This document shows, piece by piece, positions 25,437 to 33,471 of a DNA stretch of 35,433 bases. This DNA is from a virus (Duplodnaviria; Caudoviricetes): positions 1 through 35,433 of the IMG/VR virus record IMGVR_UViG_3300032303_001510, one strand, 5' to 3'. The notes below the pieces were generated by a model. It worked only from the letters and a program-made list of their open reading frames with translations, was not told where the DNA came from and searched no databases. Each line of letters begins with the position of its first letter. The stretch's first letter is position 1. Position numbers and translations under genes: made by a program.

Positions 25437-26715
25437 CAATGTCAATTTTTGGAAATATTAATTTGATTTCTTTTGGATTACCTTTAAAAAAAACTAAAAC
25501 CTGTTCATGCATTTTAACTACTTTTCTGCTGTTCATATACCTATTTGCTCGTAATGCTCCATTACCAACTGATTGAACTAATATTAATTCATTATATAAT
25601 ATAAGTCCGTTTTTATAAAAAATATCTTTTATATCATCTGGAAATCTATAATAATTGCCTTTTTCATTCCTTATATCCCCGCAAACAATTACAGCAAAAC
25701 GATTATCTTTTAAACATTTTATTGAGTTTGAAAAAGCTACATCTAAGATATGTATAAAGTCTTTATATTCTTTTTGATTGCTTGCATCGTTAGGTAAATC
25801 AGAATATATTTCTAAATCAAAGTATGGAGGACAACTAAATAGTAGATCTTGAGAATTAATTTCAAGATGATTAAGAACATTGCGACCATCATCGCAAATA
25901 TAATTAGCATTCATTCCCTTAACTCTTTGATTATTTAAATCGCTTTGTGATTTTCGTAATTCAATACCAGTAAAGGTATTACCTACATAAGATGAAACAT
26001 ATCCAAAAACTGTATCTCCGGCAAAGCAATCAAATGTTTTTCCACCTGGCAACCCAAACCATTTATTTATTATTTCAGCTAAAACTGAATCTAATATTGA
26101 TATTGAATTTTCTCTTATTACTCCTCCTTTATATGGTTTGTTTTCCCAATTTTTAACTATTGCATTTACTTTACTTTCAATGTTATCTCTACTCTCCCCA
26201 TTATCACTAATTAAAATATTCCAATAAGATTTTCTATCTTGCCAATAACCCTCTCTTGCATTTAGCACTGAAAATGGAGGTACAATAAATTTATCCTGTA
26301 ATTTAGTAATTGCCTCAACTTTTTTATCATCTTCTTCAGCTTCAAGCTCTTCAGTAAAGCCAACAGGAACATCTAAGCCCCAGGCATCAAGTTCTTCAGC
26401 ATTCCAGTTGTTTGCAAGATCATCCCAATCCCACTCACCAAACCCAACATTGTCCTTGATGATGAACTCTCTTTGCTTGGCCTCATCCCAATCAACTACT
26501 TCCACAGGCACTTCCTTCCATTTGGCTTCCTTAATGGCTTTATAGCGCATGTTGCCTCCAAGGATAATCATATCCTGGTTCACTACTATTGGCCTGACAC
26601 TTGCCATCTCTGGAAAGTCCTTCAGGCTTTGAACGAGCTTATGAAACTTATCATCCTTGATAAGTCTCGGATTGCTTGGGTTTGGTTTGATTGAACTTAT
26701 TGAAACTACTTGCAT
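25417..26715 (-). CDS. ParB/Srx N-terminal domain fused to an amino-(N6A/N4C) DNA methyltransferase-fold domain
   Basis: IKPNPSNPR..ILGGNMRY..IKDN ParB domain; acidic linker; motif I DCFAGDT, TGIEL, motif IV FSCPPY. Confidence 0.85.
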   Translation of the reverse strand: MQVVSISSIKPNPSNPRLIKDDKFHKLVQSLKDFPEMASVRPIVVNQDMIILGGNMRYKAIKEAKWKEVPVEVVDWDEAKQREFIIKDNVGFGEWDWDDLANNWNAEELDAWGLDVPVGFTEELEAEEDDKKVEAITKLQDKFIVPPFSVLNAREGYWQDRKSYWNILISDNGESRDNIESKVNAIVKNWENKPYKGGVIRENSISILDSVLAEIINKWFGLPGGKTFDCFAGDTVFGYVSSYVGNTFTGIELRKSQSDLNNQRVKGMNANYICDDGRNVLNHLEINSQDLLFSCPPYFDLEIYSDLPNDASNQKEYKDFIHILDVAFSNSIKCLKDNRFAVIVCGDIRNEKGNYYRFPDDIKDIFYKNGLILYNELILVQSVGNGALRANRYMNSRKVVKMHEQVLVFFKGNPKEIKLIFPKIDIDEGSDA

Positions 26716-26720
26716 AAATT

Positions 26721-26888
26721 CTATTTCTTTTTTGGCATCATTGAAGGCATTTTAGCCTTTGCTGCTTTCTTGGCCTTCTTAGCAACTGATAAAGCAATGG
26801 CTACTGCCTGCTTCTGAGGCTTGCCAGCCTTCATCTCTGTCTTGATGTTTGAGCTAACTGTCTTAGCTGAATATCCTTTCTTGAGCAT
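26721..26888 (-). CDS. Small basic protein (55 aa), not in the ORF track
   Basis: MLKKGYSAKTVSSNIKTEMKAGKPQKQAVAIALSVAKKAKKAAKAKMPSMMPKKK, preceded by a TATCTTTG promoter element. Confidence 0.8.
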   Translation of the reverse strand: MLKKGYSAKTVSSNIKTEMKAGKPQKQAVAIALSVAKKAKKAAKAKMPSMMPKKK

Positions 26889-26892
26889 AATT

Positions 26893-27150
26893 TTAATATT
26901 TAGGCAAAGATAGGTATTTCAACATTGCCTCATAGACTTCCAGCTGATTAGCCCATCTGCGCTTATGCCCTTTGGCGGCATCAGGCTGATTTAGCTTATT
27001 TTTTAGCTGTGTAATTTTTCGGCCAAGGTAATCCTGACAGTCTTGTCTGTTCATGGGTGGTTGTTTTAGTGAGTAAAGTAAATCATTGGAATAGGTGCTT
27101 CGGCCCTCCCATTGGGCAGGCACTTGGCTGATATGGATAGAATTATACAT
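26893..27150 (-). CDS. Hypothetical protein
   Basis: 85 aa, overlapping the DnaB stop. Confidence 0.65.
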   Translation of the reverse strand: MYNSIHISQVPAQWEGRSTYSNDLLYSLKQPPMNRQDCQDYLGRKITQLKNKLNQPDAAKGHKRRWANQLEVYEAMLKYLSLPKY

Positions 27151-28471
27151 GGTCTCTGAGTCGCATTAATGGCGCATCAAATTTAAGTGGAATAATTCCA
27201 GTTGATCCAGAGCGCATTTTGACTTGATCAATTATACATAGGTTCTCATTGCTCAATTCAAGACTTCCGACCTTAGTGGTTGATGTTGGCTCAAAGTAGT
27301 GAGCAGGCCTCATCATCATCCAGATGACATCAGCATCTTGCTCTATGCTCCCAGACTCACGAAGGTCAGACATCAGTGGCATTTTATCAGGCCTTTCATC
27401 AACTCTCCTGCTCAGCTGGCTCAAGGCCACCACCGGAATCTGAAGCTCCTTGGCTAATAGTTTTAGACCTCTACTGATTTCGCCTACAATGTTCACTCGA
27501 TTAGTCTCTTTAGGATTGACTGAATCAATCAGGCCTATGTAGTCAATAAATATCACCTTGATGTCATACTTATTTTTCCACATGGTTGCCTTGGTTCTGA
27601 TTTTACGGATATTCAGGTAGCCTTCATCGGTAATTTTTATCGGCCAATGCCTCATTCGATCTATTGCCTGTTTAAGTGAGTCTTTATCAAGTGAGTTCAT
27701 ATCGCCCTGCTTAATCTTGTAGGCAAAGATTTGAGACTCCTGACTAGCCAGCCTCTGGACTAGCTCGTGCTTTGTCATTTCAAGGCTAAATAGACCACAT
27801 CCAATCCCTTGCTTGGCTAAATTTCTGATAAGGCTTACCACTAGGGCTGTCTTGCCTTGCCCTGGTCTAGCACCCACAACAGTAAGCTCACCATCGGTAA
27901 GGCCTCCGCATAGTCTGTCTAGGCTCTCAATGCCTGTTGAGTAGCCTGCAATAGTACCAGATGCTTTATTGAACCATTGCTTTGCGCTTATGCTAAGCTG
28001 GCTCTGGAAGCTATCATCTGAATTAGTAAGGCTGGATGAGAGCAGGCTGTCAGCCTTATTTTGGATTTCTGCAATCGTCTCAAATATGTCTCCTGTTTCT
28101 GAGTTGGCTTTGGAGGCCATCTCGTGTGCCAAGTAATAGAACTTAGTTCTCATGTATTGTTCTATGAGGATTCGGCAATGGATTTCAACATGACCAGGGT
28201 TTTTAAGGCTGGCAAATACTGAGGCAACATTCTTAGCTCCTCCTGCTTCTTTAAGCAGTGAGGACTTTTTAAGAGTCAGAACAACAGTCTCCAGACTGAC
28301 TTGCTCACCAGCATCATGCTGACCTTGGATGGCTCTGGCTATGTTCTTGTTTTGCTCATTCTGAAAGACATCAAGGTTCGGCAGGATAGACAGTGCTGTT
28401 ACTCTCTCATCATCTGAAAGCATCATTGCGGAAAGGACTTGCCTCTCCATTTCTTCGTTTATAAAGTTCAT
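27143..28471 (-). CDS. dnaB: Replicative DNA helicase DnaB
   Basis: GARPGQGKT, FSLEM, FIDY, ALSQLSR, SDLRESGSIEQDAD. Confidence 0.97.
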   Translation of the reverse strand: MNFINEEMERQVLSAMMLSDDERVTALSILPNLDVFQNEQNKNIARAIQGQHDAGEQVSLETVVLTLKKSSLLKEAGGAKNVASVFASLKNPGHVEIHCRILIEQYMRTKFYYLAHEMASKANSETGDIFETIAEIQNKADSLLSSSLTNSDDSFQSQLSISAKQWFNKASGTIAGYSTGIESLDRLCGGLTDGELTVVGARPGQGKTALVVSLIRNLAKQGIGCGLFSLEMTKHELVQRLASQESQIFAYKIKQGDMNSLDKDSLKQAIDRMRHWPIKITDEGYLNIRKIRTKATMWKNKYDIKVIFIDYIGLIDSVNPKETNRVNIVGEISRGLKLLAKELQIPVVALSQLSRRVDERPDKMPLMSDLRESGSIEQDADVIWMMMRPAHYFEPTSTTKVGSLELSNENLCIIDQVKMRSGSTGIIPLKFDAPLMRLRDHV

Positions 28472-29070
28472 AGGTAAGGTAAAAAGGATTCGTGGACTTT
28501 GCGGACAGTTGCGGGCGGAACAAATGTGTTTGGGCTATTTTGGTTTTTAGCGAAAGTCGATTGATTTCGATTCCAAGTAGCCAACCTTCTTGATATATCA
28601 AAGAACTTTTCAGCCTGAAATCTCATTTTGCCTTTTTGGTCAGTTTCTGTCCAATAGGCTTTAAAGTCTGCAAGCATTTGCTTGTCATATTTTGATTCAA
28701 ACTTTGATAGGTCTGATAAATCTACTTTAACATCTACATCCTCATTTTCATCTTTATCTACATCTACATCTACATCTACATCTACATTAGCTTGTGCTTT
28801 GCTTCGTGTTTGCTTATGCTTTGCTTCGGTCTTGCTTCCACTTTGCTTCCGCTTTGCTTTACTTCCGCTTTTCCACTTAGTCCTATTTGCCTGAAGATTA
28901 GGCTTAATAAGTAGCCAGAATGGTAAGGCTGATTTTGAAAGTTCAGGCTCAATTCCATCAAGACCAAACTCAAAAATTGCCCGAAAAATCTCTAATTGTG
29001 TGTCATTTGGAAGCAATTTAATTGCATCATAAAAACTCCTGTAAAGCACCATTGAATCTCTACTTTTCAT
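28468..29070 (-). CDS. Replication initiator (DUF6291-type N-terminus)
   Basis: RDSMVLYRSFYDAIKLL N-terminus, internal repeats, DVDVDV linker, F..YW...RLATW C-terminus; ATGA-coupled to dnaB. Confidence 0.8.
   Translation of the reverse strand: MKSRDSMVLYRSFYDAIKLLPNDTQLEIFRAIFEFGLDGIEPELSKSALPFWLLIKPNLQANRTKWKSGSKAKRKQSGSKTEAKHKQTRSKAQANVDVDVDVDVDKDENEDVDVKVDLSDLSKFESKYDKQMLADFKAYWTETDQKGKMRFQAEKFFDISRRLATWNRNQSTFAKNQNSPNTFVPPATVRKVHESFLPYL
28730..28870. repeat. Putative replication origin: 11-bp iterons plus an ACATCT hexamer array
   Basis: TTGCTT recurs at 28799, 28810, 28821, 28832, 28843 and 28854; (ACATCT)n at about 28760-28787. Confidence 0.75.
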
Positions 29071-29073
29071 AAA

Positions 29074-29180
29074 ATAAAAAAACCCTTTGTTCGCCTTTCG
29101 AGGTAGGAGTCTCTACTCAGCGGACAAAGGGCAATAAAATATTTTACACTCGCTGCTCCTACCCAGCGGCCTTTCGGCTT
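29074..29180 (-). ncRNA. Structured cis-regulatory leader (kissing-loop attenuator) of the replication operon
   Basis: TAAGTTTG promoter at 29189-29182, three hairpins, loop GGTAGGAG complementary to CTCCTACC, final stem followed by T7. Confidence 0.65.
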
Positions 29181-29191
29181 TGCAAACTTAA

Positions 29192-29488
29192 CTACTTTTC
29201 CTGGAACGCATTAATATGATCAAAAAATTTCTGCACCTCTTCCTCACTCATATCAAATATCTGCCAGACTAAATCAACCACAGCTGAGTTAATAGTGTCT
29301 TCAGCCTGGGCCATCTCTGGGCCTAATTCCTGATGCAGAAACTTCTCGAACTGAGTGGCATCATTGAGCAACCTGTTAAAGTGCATCTTGACATCTCTCT
29401 TGAGCCTAATGGTGTCTGAATGCTTAATGACATAGCCTGTTTCAAGAACTCCCCGGATGAAGCAGGTGAACTTAGTGAAGTCTCTCAT
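29192..29488 (-). CDS. Hypothetical protein
   Basis: 98 aa, ATGA-coupled to the upstream gene. Confidence 0.7.
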   Translation of the reverse strand: MRDFTKFTCFIRGVLETGYVIKHSDTIRLKRDVKMHFNRLLNDATQFEKFLHQELGPEMAQAEDTINSAVVDLVWQIFDMSEEEVQKFFDHINAFQEK

Positions 29489-29769
29489 GACCTAATGCAC
29501 CAGGCGAAAAGTACAGTCATTCCAATGGCATAACCTGTGATGATAAAGGCATAAGTCATCCATGCCTGATGATGCCTGTGAGCCTCTTGGTATGCATCAT
29601 CCATCTTGGTGTGCTGAATCTCCCAAAACTCCTTACCTATATTTAGATCTTCAATCTCTTTCCTGAGCTTGGCAGCCTGCTCCTTGTGATAGTCTCTGCT
29701 GCGCCTATGATTGTCTGAATGCCTCCGGCACTCTGCCAGGTCTGCCTTTAGTTTATTGATTTCTTCCAT
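29485..29769 (-). CDS. Coiled-coil protein with a C-terminal transmembrane helix
   Basis: 94 aa; AWMTYAFIITGYAIGMTVLFAW hydrophobic end; AATCTAACCAATG start context. Confidence 0.7.
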   Translation of the reverse strand: MEEINKLKADLAECRRHSDNHRRSRDYHKEQAAKLRKEIEDLNIGKEFWEIQHTKMDDAYQEAHRHHQAWMTYAFIITGYAIGMTVLFAWCIRS

Positions 29770-29824
29770 TGGTTAGATTATTTTTTTGCAAATAAAATCA
29801 AATCAAAATGGAAGCACCAAATAA

Positions 29825-30376
29825 TTATTCAAAAACCATGATGGTGTTCTTGAACCACCACAGGCTGCTCCTTGACCTTAACTGCATGCTGATGGCATTG
29901 TTGATGGCATAGCCTCTGAGCTTCATCTGAGCCTCAATGTAGCTGTTAGGCTGGCAGTTCACATGCCCATCACCTACTTGCCCAGGGATTGCCCATGAGA
30001 GGATGATCATCTTTGGCTTACTGACCACCAGATTATCGAGGAATGTCTGCTCGAACTCTGCCGGGATATGCTCACCTACTTCCAGACTCATGACCACATC
30101 AATCTGCTCACCGCAATCAAAAGGCTTACTCAGGTCAGCAACCTTGCCAAGCCCACAAGTGAGCTGTGGTGTATTCGGATTGCCATCATAGGCATGCACC
30201 TTGTAGTTGTAAGCCTGGAGCAAGTGAGCATAATCACCCATGCCACATCCTAAGTCTAAAACACTGTTAAAATGATTCTTCTGGAATAGCTTTACAATGG
30301 TTGCTGCTAGTGATCTGTCATAGGCATGACCTTCATTTGTCGGATTCTCCCAGAATCCATTCTCATTTATGTTCAT
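29825..30376 (-). CDS. Class I SAM-dependent methyltransferase (probably small-molecule or glycan substrate)
   Basis: VLDLGCGMG, VMSLEVGEHIP, SWAIPGQVGDGHVNC; no (D/N/S)PPY motif. Confidence 0.85.
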   Translation of the reverse strand: MNINENGFWENPTNEGHAYDRSLAATIVKLFQKNHFNSVLDLGCGMGDYAHLLQAYNYKVHAYDGNPNTPQLTCGLGKVADLSKPFDCGEQIDVVMSLEVGEHIPAEFEQTFLDNLVVSKPKMIILSWAIPGQVGDGHVNCQPNSYIEAQMKLRGYAINNAISMQLRSRSSLWWFKNTIMVFE

Positions 30377-30755
30377 GATTGTAATAATTATCTATAATGT
30401 CTATGACCTCATCAAGTGACCAGGAGACCACCACTAGCCAGTTGCGCTCTACCAGCTTGTCAAAGATAGCCAACTGATGCTCTGATGGCTTATTGTAGCC
30501 TACCTTCAACTCAATGGCTAGTCCTGAGTAGCCATGCCTCTGGTCTAAGATCATGCAATCAGGAATCCCAGCCTTAACTCCCATGTCCTTGAGCTTTAAA
30601 GCCTCCAGAGCATGCCTGCTGCCTCCATTCGGGCAGTGAAACCAAAATGCATTTATTGCATTAAGGTACTTAGCCACTGACTTCTGGAACATATCCTCAC
30701 TGCCAGCATAACGCTTAAAAGCATCATTGTGGCGCATTGGGTAGTCTGTAATCAT
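30363..30755 (-). CDS. VRR-NUC domain nuclease (putative Holliday junction resolvase)
   Basis: FHCPNGG, MGVKAGIPD, AIELK, KPSEHQ. Confidence 0.9.
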   Translation of the reverse strand: MITDYPMRHNDAFKRYAGSEDMFQKSVAKYLNAINAFWFHCPNGGSRHALEALKLKDMGVKAGIPDCMILDQRHGYSGLAIELKVGYNKPSEHQLAIFDKLVERNWLVVVSWSLDEVIDIIDNYYNHEHK

Positions 30756-30820
30756 TTCAAAAAAAAATCCTGCCAAATATTTTTGCAATTACTTTTGCAA
30801 ACCTAAACCAAATTGGAACA

Positions 30821-31183
30821 ATGGACTGCTTAAAAATTAGCGACTTCTGCCGGAAGTTCAATCTGCCTAATCATAGGTTCACCAGATACAAGAGGCTTTT
30901 CCACACTAAGCAAGTGGAAGGCTATGTGAATAAGTGGGTCAAGCTGGATGACTATAATCTGAGCCTGGTGGAGGAGATATTAAGTCATACCGGAACAAGG
31001 CGCAAGAAGATGAGATATACTCTGGATGCCTTCTGTGTGAAGTATGGATTGACTGATGAACACTTTAAAAAGGTGTGCCACCGTATGCAGCTGGAGGATC
31101 ACGAAGGCCAGCTTATGGTCATTGATTCAAAGCACAATTATGCCCTTCTGAGGCACGGGAGGCTGATTCGGAAAAATAATTGA
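30821..31183 (+). CDS. Putative DNA-binding protein with two tandem HTH-like repeats
   Basis: ISDFCRKFNL..F and LDAFCVKYGL..F repeats; divergent from the replication operon; TACTTTTG upstream. Confidence 0.55.
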   Translation: MDCLKISDFCRKFNLPNHRFTRYKRLFHTKQVEGYVNKWVKLDDYNLSLVEEILSHTGTRRKKMRYTLDAFCVKYGLTDEHFKKVCHRMQLEDHEGQLMVIDSKHNYALLRHGRLIRKNN

Positions 31184-31187
31184 GATA

Positions 31188-31240
31188 TTTTTGTAAATAA
31201 TTTTGCAGATATAATTTCATGCTGTATGTTTGCATCATCA
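31188..31240 (+). promoter_or_regulatory. Bacteroidota-type promoter
   Basis: TTTG at 31202-31205, 19-nt spacer, TATGTTTG at 31225-31232. Confidence 0.75.
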
Positions 31241-31264
31241 AGTTTAACAATAACCAATAACAAC

Positions 31265-31495
31265 ATGACAACAGCACAATTATCACAGCGCATTGATGCC
31301 AGCAGAACTACTTCTTACGGGCATTACAAAGTAACTATCCAGTACAGAGGCAAGCAGTACAGCTGCATCAGCACAGACTCTATGGCCTATGACAGGTACA
31401 TGGATGAGGATGCCAAGGGCAGAGGCATCTATACTCAATTAGATGCTCTAAAGTCTTTCTGGATTGAATGCAAGCGTAAGAATAACCTATTCTAA
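31265..31495 (+). CDS. Hypothetical early protein
   Basis: ATG at 31265 after the promoter and leader; contains YGHYKVTIQYRGKQY. Confidence 0.75.
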   Translation: MTTAQLSQRIDASRTTSYGHYKVTIQYRGKQYSCISTDSMAYDRYMDEDAKGRGIYTQLDALKSFWIECKRKNNLF

Positions 31496-31497
31496 TC

Positions 31498-31599
31498 ATG
31501 ACCGATAACCATCCTCAACTGCCATTCAAGGATCAATGCATCCTACTTGGCAAGCTGCTCATCATCTGGATAGTAGCAGCACTCGTTCAAGCACTTTAA
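31498..31599 (+). CDS. Small membrane peptide (33 aa), not in the ORF track
   Basis: MTDNHPQLPFKDQCILLGKLLIIWIVAALVQAL; fills the intergenic gap. Confidence 0.55.
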   Translation: MTDNHPQLPFKDQCILLGKLLIIWIVAALVQAL

Positions 31600-31628
31600 T
31601 TTTTATTCAATTTAAAAACCAATAATTT

Positions 31629-32318
31629 ATGTCTATCATAGCAAAATCTACCGGAGAAAGCACACAGAGAGAGCTTATCCCTGCTGGCACTTATGTTGCC
31701 AGATGTTACTCAGTTGTTCACCTTGGTCATGTAGTTCAGAAGTACATGGGCGAGGAGAAATTAGTAGACCTGGTCAGGTTTACTTGGGAACTTCCCACTG
31801 AGCTTAGATGTTTTAACCAAGATAAAGGTGACCAGCCTTGCGCAATTAGCAAGGAAATGACCTTTAGCTTGAATGAGAAGTCAAACCTGAGAGCCATGCT
31901 CAACACCTGGAGAGGCAAGGCACTGACAGATGAGGAGGCCAAGGCCTTTGACTTAGCCAAGCTACTTGGCGCACCTTGCATGATCAACTTGATTCATCAG
32001 CCTAGCAAGGCTAACCCTGAGAAAGTCTATGAACGCATAGCTGCTGTGCTGCCTATGATGAAGGGAATGAGCTGCCCTCCTCAGCATAATCCTAGCATGG
32101 AGTTCTCAGTGCTTGATTTTGACAGAGAGAAGTTTATGACTCTACCTGCCTTCCTTCAGGAGATGATCACCGGAAGTAAGGAGTACCAGGCAATGATGAA
32201 AGCACCTGCTCCAACTGCACCTGTCCGCACAGGTTATGAAGACAAGGTTGGTCATGTGGTAACAAATGCCACTGAGCAGCGTGAGATTGCACAGGAGATA
32301 GATGAGTTGCCATTTTAA
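31629..32318 (+). CDS. Putative single-stranded DNA-binding / replication protein (NGO0469-like family)
   Basis: IPAGTYVARCY, SLNEKSNLR..L..WRG, FDLAKLLGAPCMI; SSB-like acidic tail DELPF. Confidence 0.7.
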   Translation: MSIIAKSTGESTQRELIPAGTYVARCYSVVHLGHVVQKYMGEEKLVDLVRFTWELPTELRCFNQDKGDQPCAISKEMTFSLNEKSNLRAMLNTWRGKALTDEEAKAFDLAKLLGAPCMINLIHQPSKANPEKVYERIAAVLPMMKGMSCPPQHNPSMEFSVLDFDREKFMTLPAFLQEMITGSKEYQAMMKAPAPTAPVRTGYEDKVGHVVTNATEQREIAQEIDELPF

Positions 32319-32329
32319 TCTTTACCAAT

Positions 32330-32704
32330 ATGGAATTTGTAAAATCACCAACAGGAGTTCTGCACATTATTTTGAATAAAGAAGAGCAGAGAATGCTATG
32401 CCACGCAATTTCTGGTGGCTCACAGGCGCAGATTGAATTTTCCGATGACACTATTAAGGATGATCCTTTTAAGAATTTTAAGGCAAATACAAGGCAGGCA
32501 ATTCGTGATACAATTAAATTATTTAGAACTAAAGAATTTACTTTAGAAGATGTAATTGAGATTCGTAAAAAATATTATGTGCCTTCTTTAAAAGATAGTT
32601 TTTTTATTCTGGCAGATAGAGGACACATGACAATTAAAAGGCATTCTGCAACTTCTAATTTTTACCAATTTTCTGAAAATTTATGCAGACACTCTGGCAA
32701 CTAA
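32330..32704 (+). CDS. Hypothetical protein (AT-rich)
   Basis: 124 aa between the SSB-like and Gp157 genes. Confidence 0.65.
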   Translation: MEFVKSPTGVLHIILNKEEQRMLCHAISGGSQAQIEFSDDTIKDDPFKNFKANTRQAIRDTIKLFRTKEFTLEDVIEIRKKYYVPSLKDSFFILADRGHMTIKRHSATSNFYQFSENLCRHSGN

Positions 32705-33186
32705 CACAAGACGAACTCTCCTTCATCGCTATGATGGAGGAGAACGGTGGTGAGGTCAATGATGAGATCATTGAGGAGCTTGCCATCCGAAGAGACAACT
32801 TTAGCCACAAGGCTGAAGCCTATGCCAAATTCATCCTGAAGCTAGAATCTGAGTCAGATCAGGCTGCTGCTGAGATTAAGCGCATACAAGCACTCAAGAA
32901 GGCTAAGGAGAACACAATAGCCAGACTCAGAGAGTCATTGCTAGCTGCTATTATGGTATTCACTGAAGAAGATGCCAAGGGCATCAGGAGATATGAAACT
33001 CCACTTGCTAAGCTAAGTACTCGCAAGAGTCAGGCAGTGGAAGTATTGGATGAGCAGCTTATCCCTGCTGACTTCTGGGTCATCAAGAAGGAAGTGAGCA
33101 AGTCCACAATCAGTCAAGCTATCAAGGATGGAGCAGAAGTACCAGGAGCGCAGATGAAGGACAACATCAGCCTGTCAATCCGATGA
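32683..33186 (+). CDS. Siphovirus Gp157 family protein
   Basis: KAEAYAKFI, EIKRIQALKK, RKSQAVEV, IPADF, AIKDGAEVPGA..LSIR. Confidence 0.9.
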   Translation: MQTLWQLTQDELSFIAMMEENGGEVNDEIIEELAIRRDNFSHKAEAYAKFILKLESESDQAAAEIKRIQALKKAKENTIARLRESLLAAIMVFTEEDAKGIRRYETPLAKLSTRKSQAVEVLDEQLIPADFWVIKKEVSKSTISQAIKDGAEVPGAQMKDNISLSIR

Positions 33187-33395
33187 AAAGCAAGAAGTAT
33201 AAGTTTAATATCATGGTTGGCAAGGAGGAAGAGCCTTATACTGGCATCTTTGAAAATTATGACCTTGCCATCCAATGGTATGAGAAACATGGGAAATGGC
33301 TTATCTCACAAGGCAAACAGATAGTCTTTCGTGAGTGCCTAATCAATGGGGAAACTAATGAGGAGCAGTTGCCCAAAAATTCTCCGCTTAGTTAG
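33183..33395 (+). CDS. Hypothetical protein
   Basis: 70 aa, ATGA-coupled to the Gp157 gene. Confidence 0.7.
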   Translation: MKSKKYKFNIMVGKEEEPYTGIFENYDLAIQWYEKHGKWLISQGKQIVFRECLINGETNEEQLPKNSPLS

Positions 33396-33425
33396 ATTGG
33401 TTAATTGTATAAACAGGTGAGAACG

Positions 33426-33457
33426 AAAAAGGGAGGCTTTTGGCCTCCCTCTTTTTT
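33426..33457. terminator. Bidirectional intrinsic terminator
   Basis: AAAAAGGGAGGC-TTTTG-GCCTCCCTCTTTTTT between the convergent early and capsid genes. Confidence 0.88.
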
Positions 33458-33471
33458 AGTCCTAACTTTAA

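Noticed and set aside
25417-26715. ParB domain as evidence of a plasmid-prophage partition system
   Set aside because: No ParA is present, and the domain is fused to a modification enzyme next to the terminase genes, a common non-partition context.
29092-29121. Hammerhead ribozyme (CTGA...GAAA on the minus strand)
   Set aside because: The core reads CUGAGUA rather than CUGANGA, and there is no stem III or NUH site. It is better explained as a loop E motif within a hairpin.
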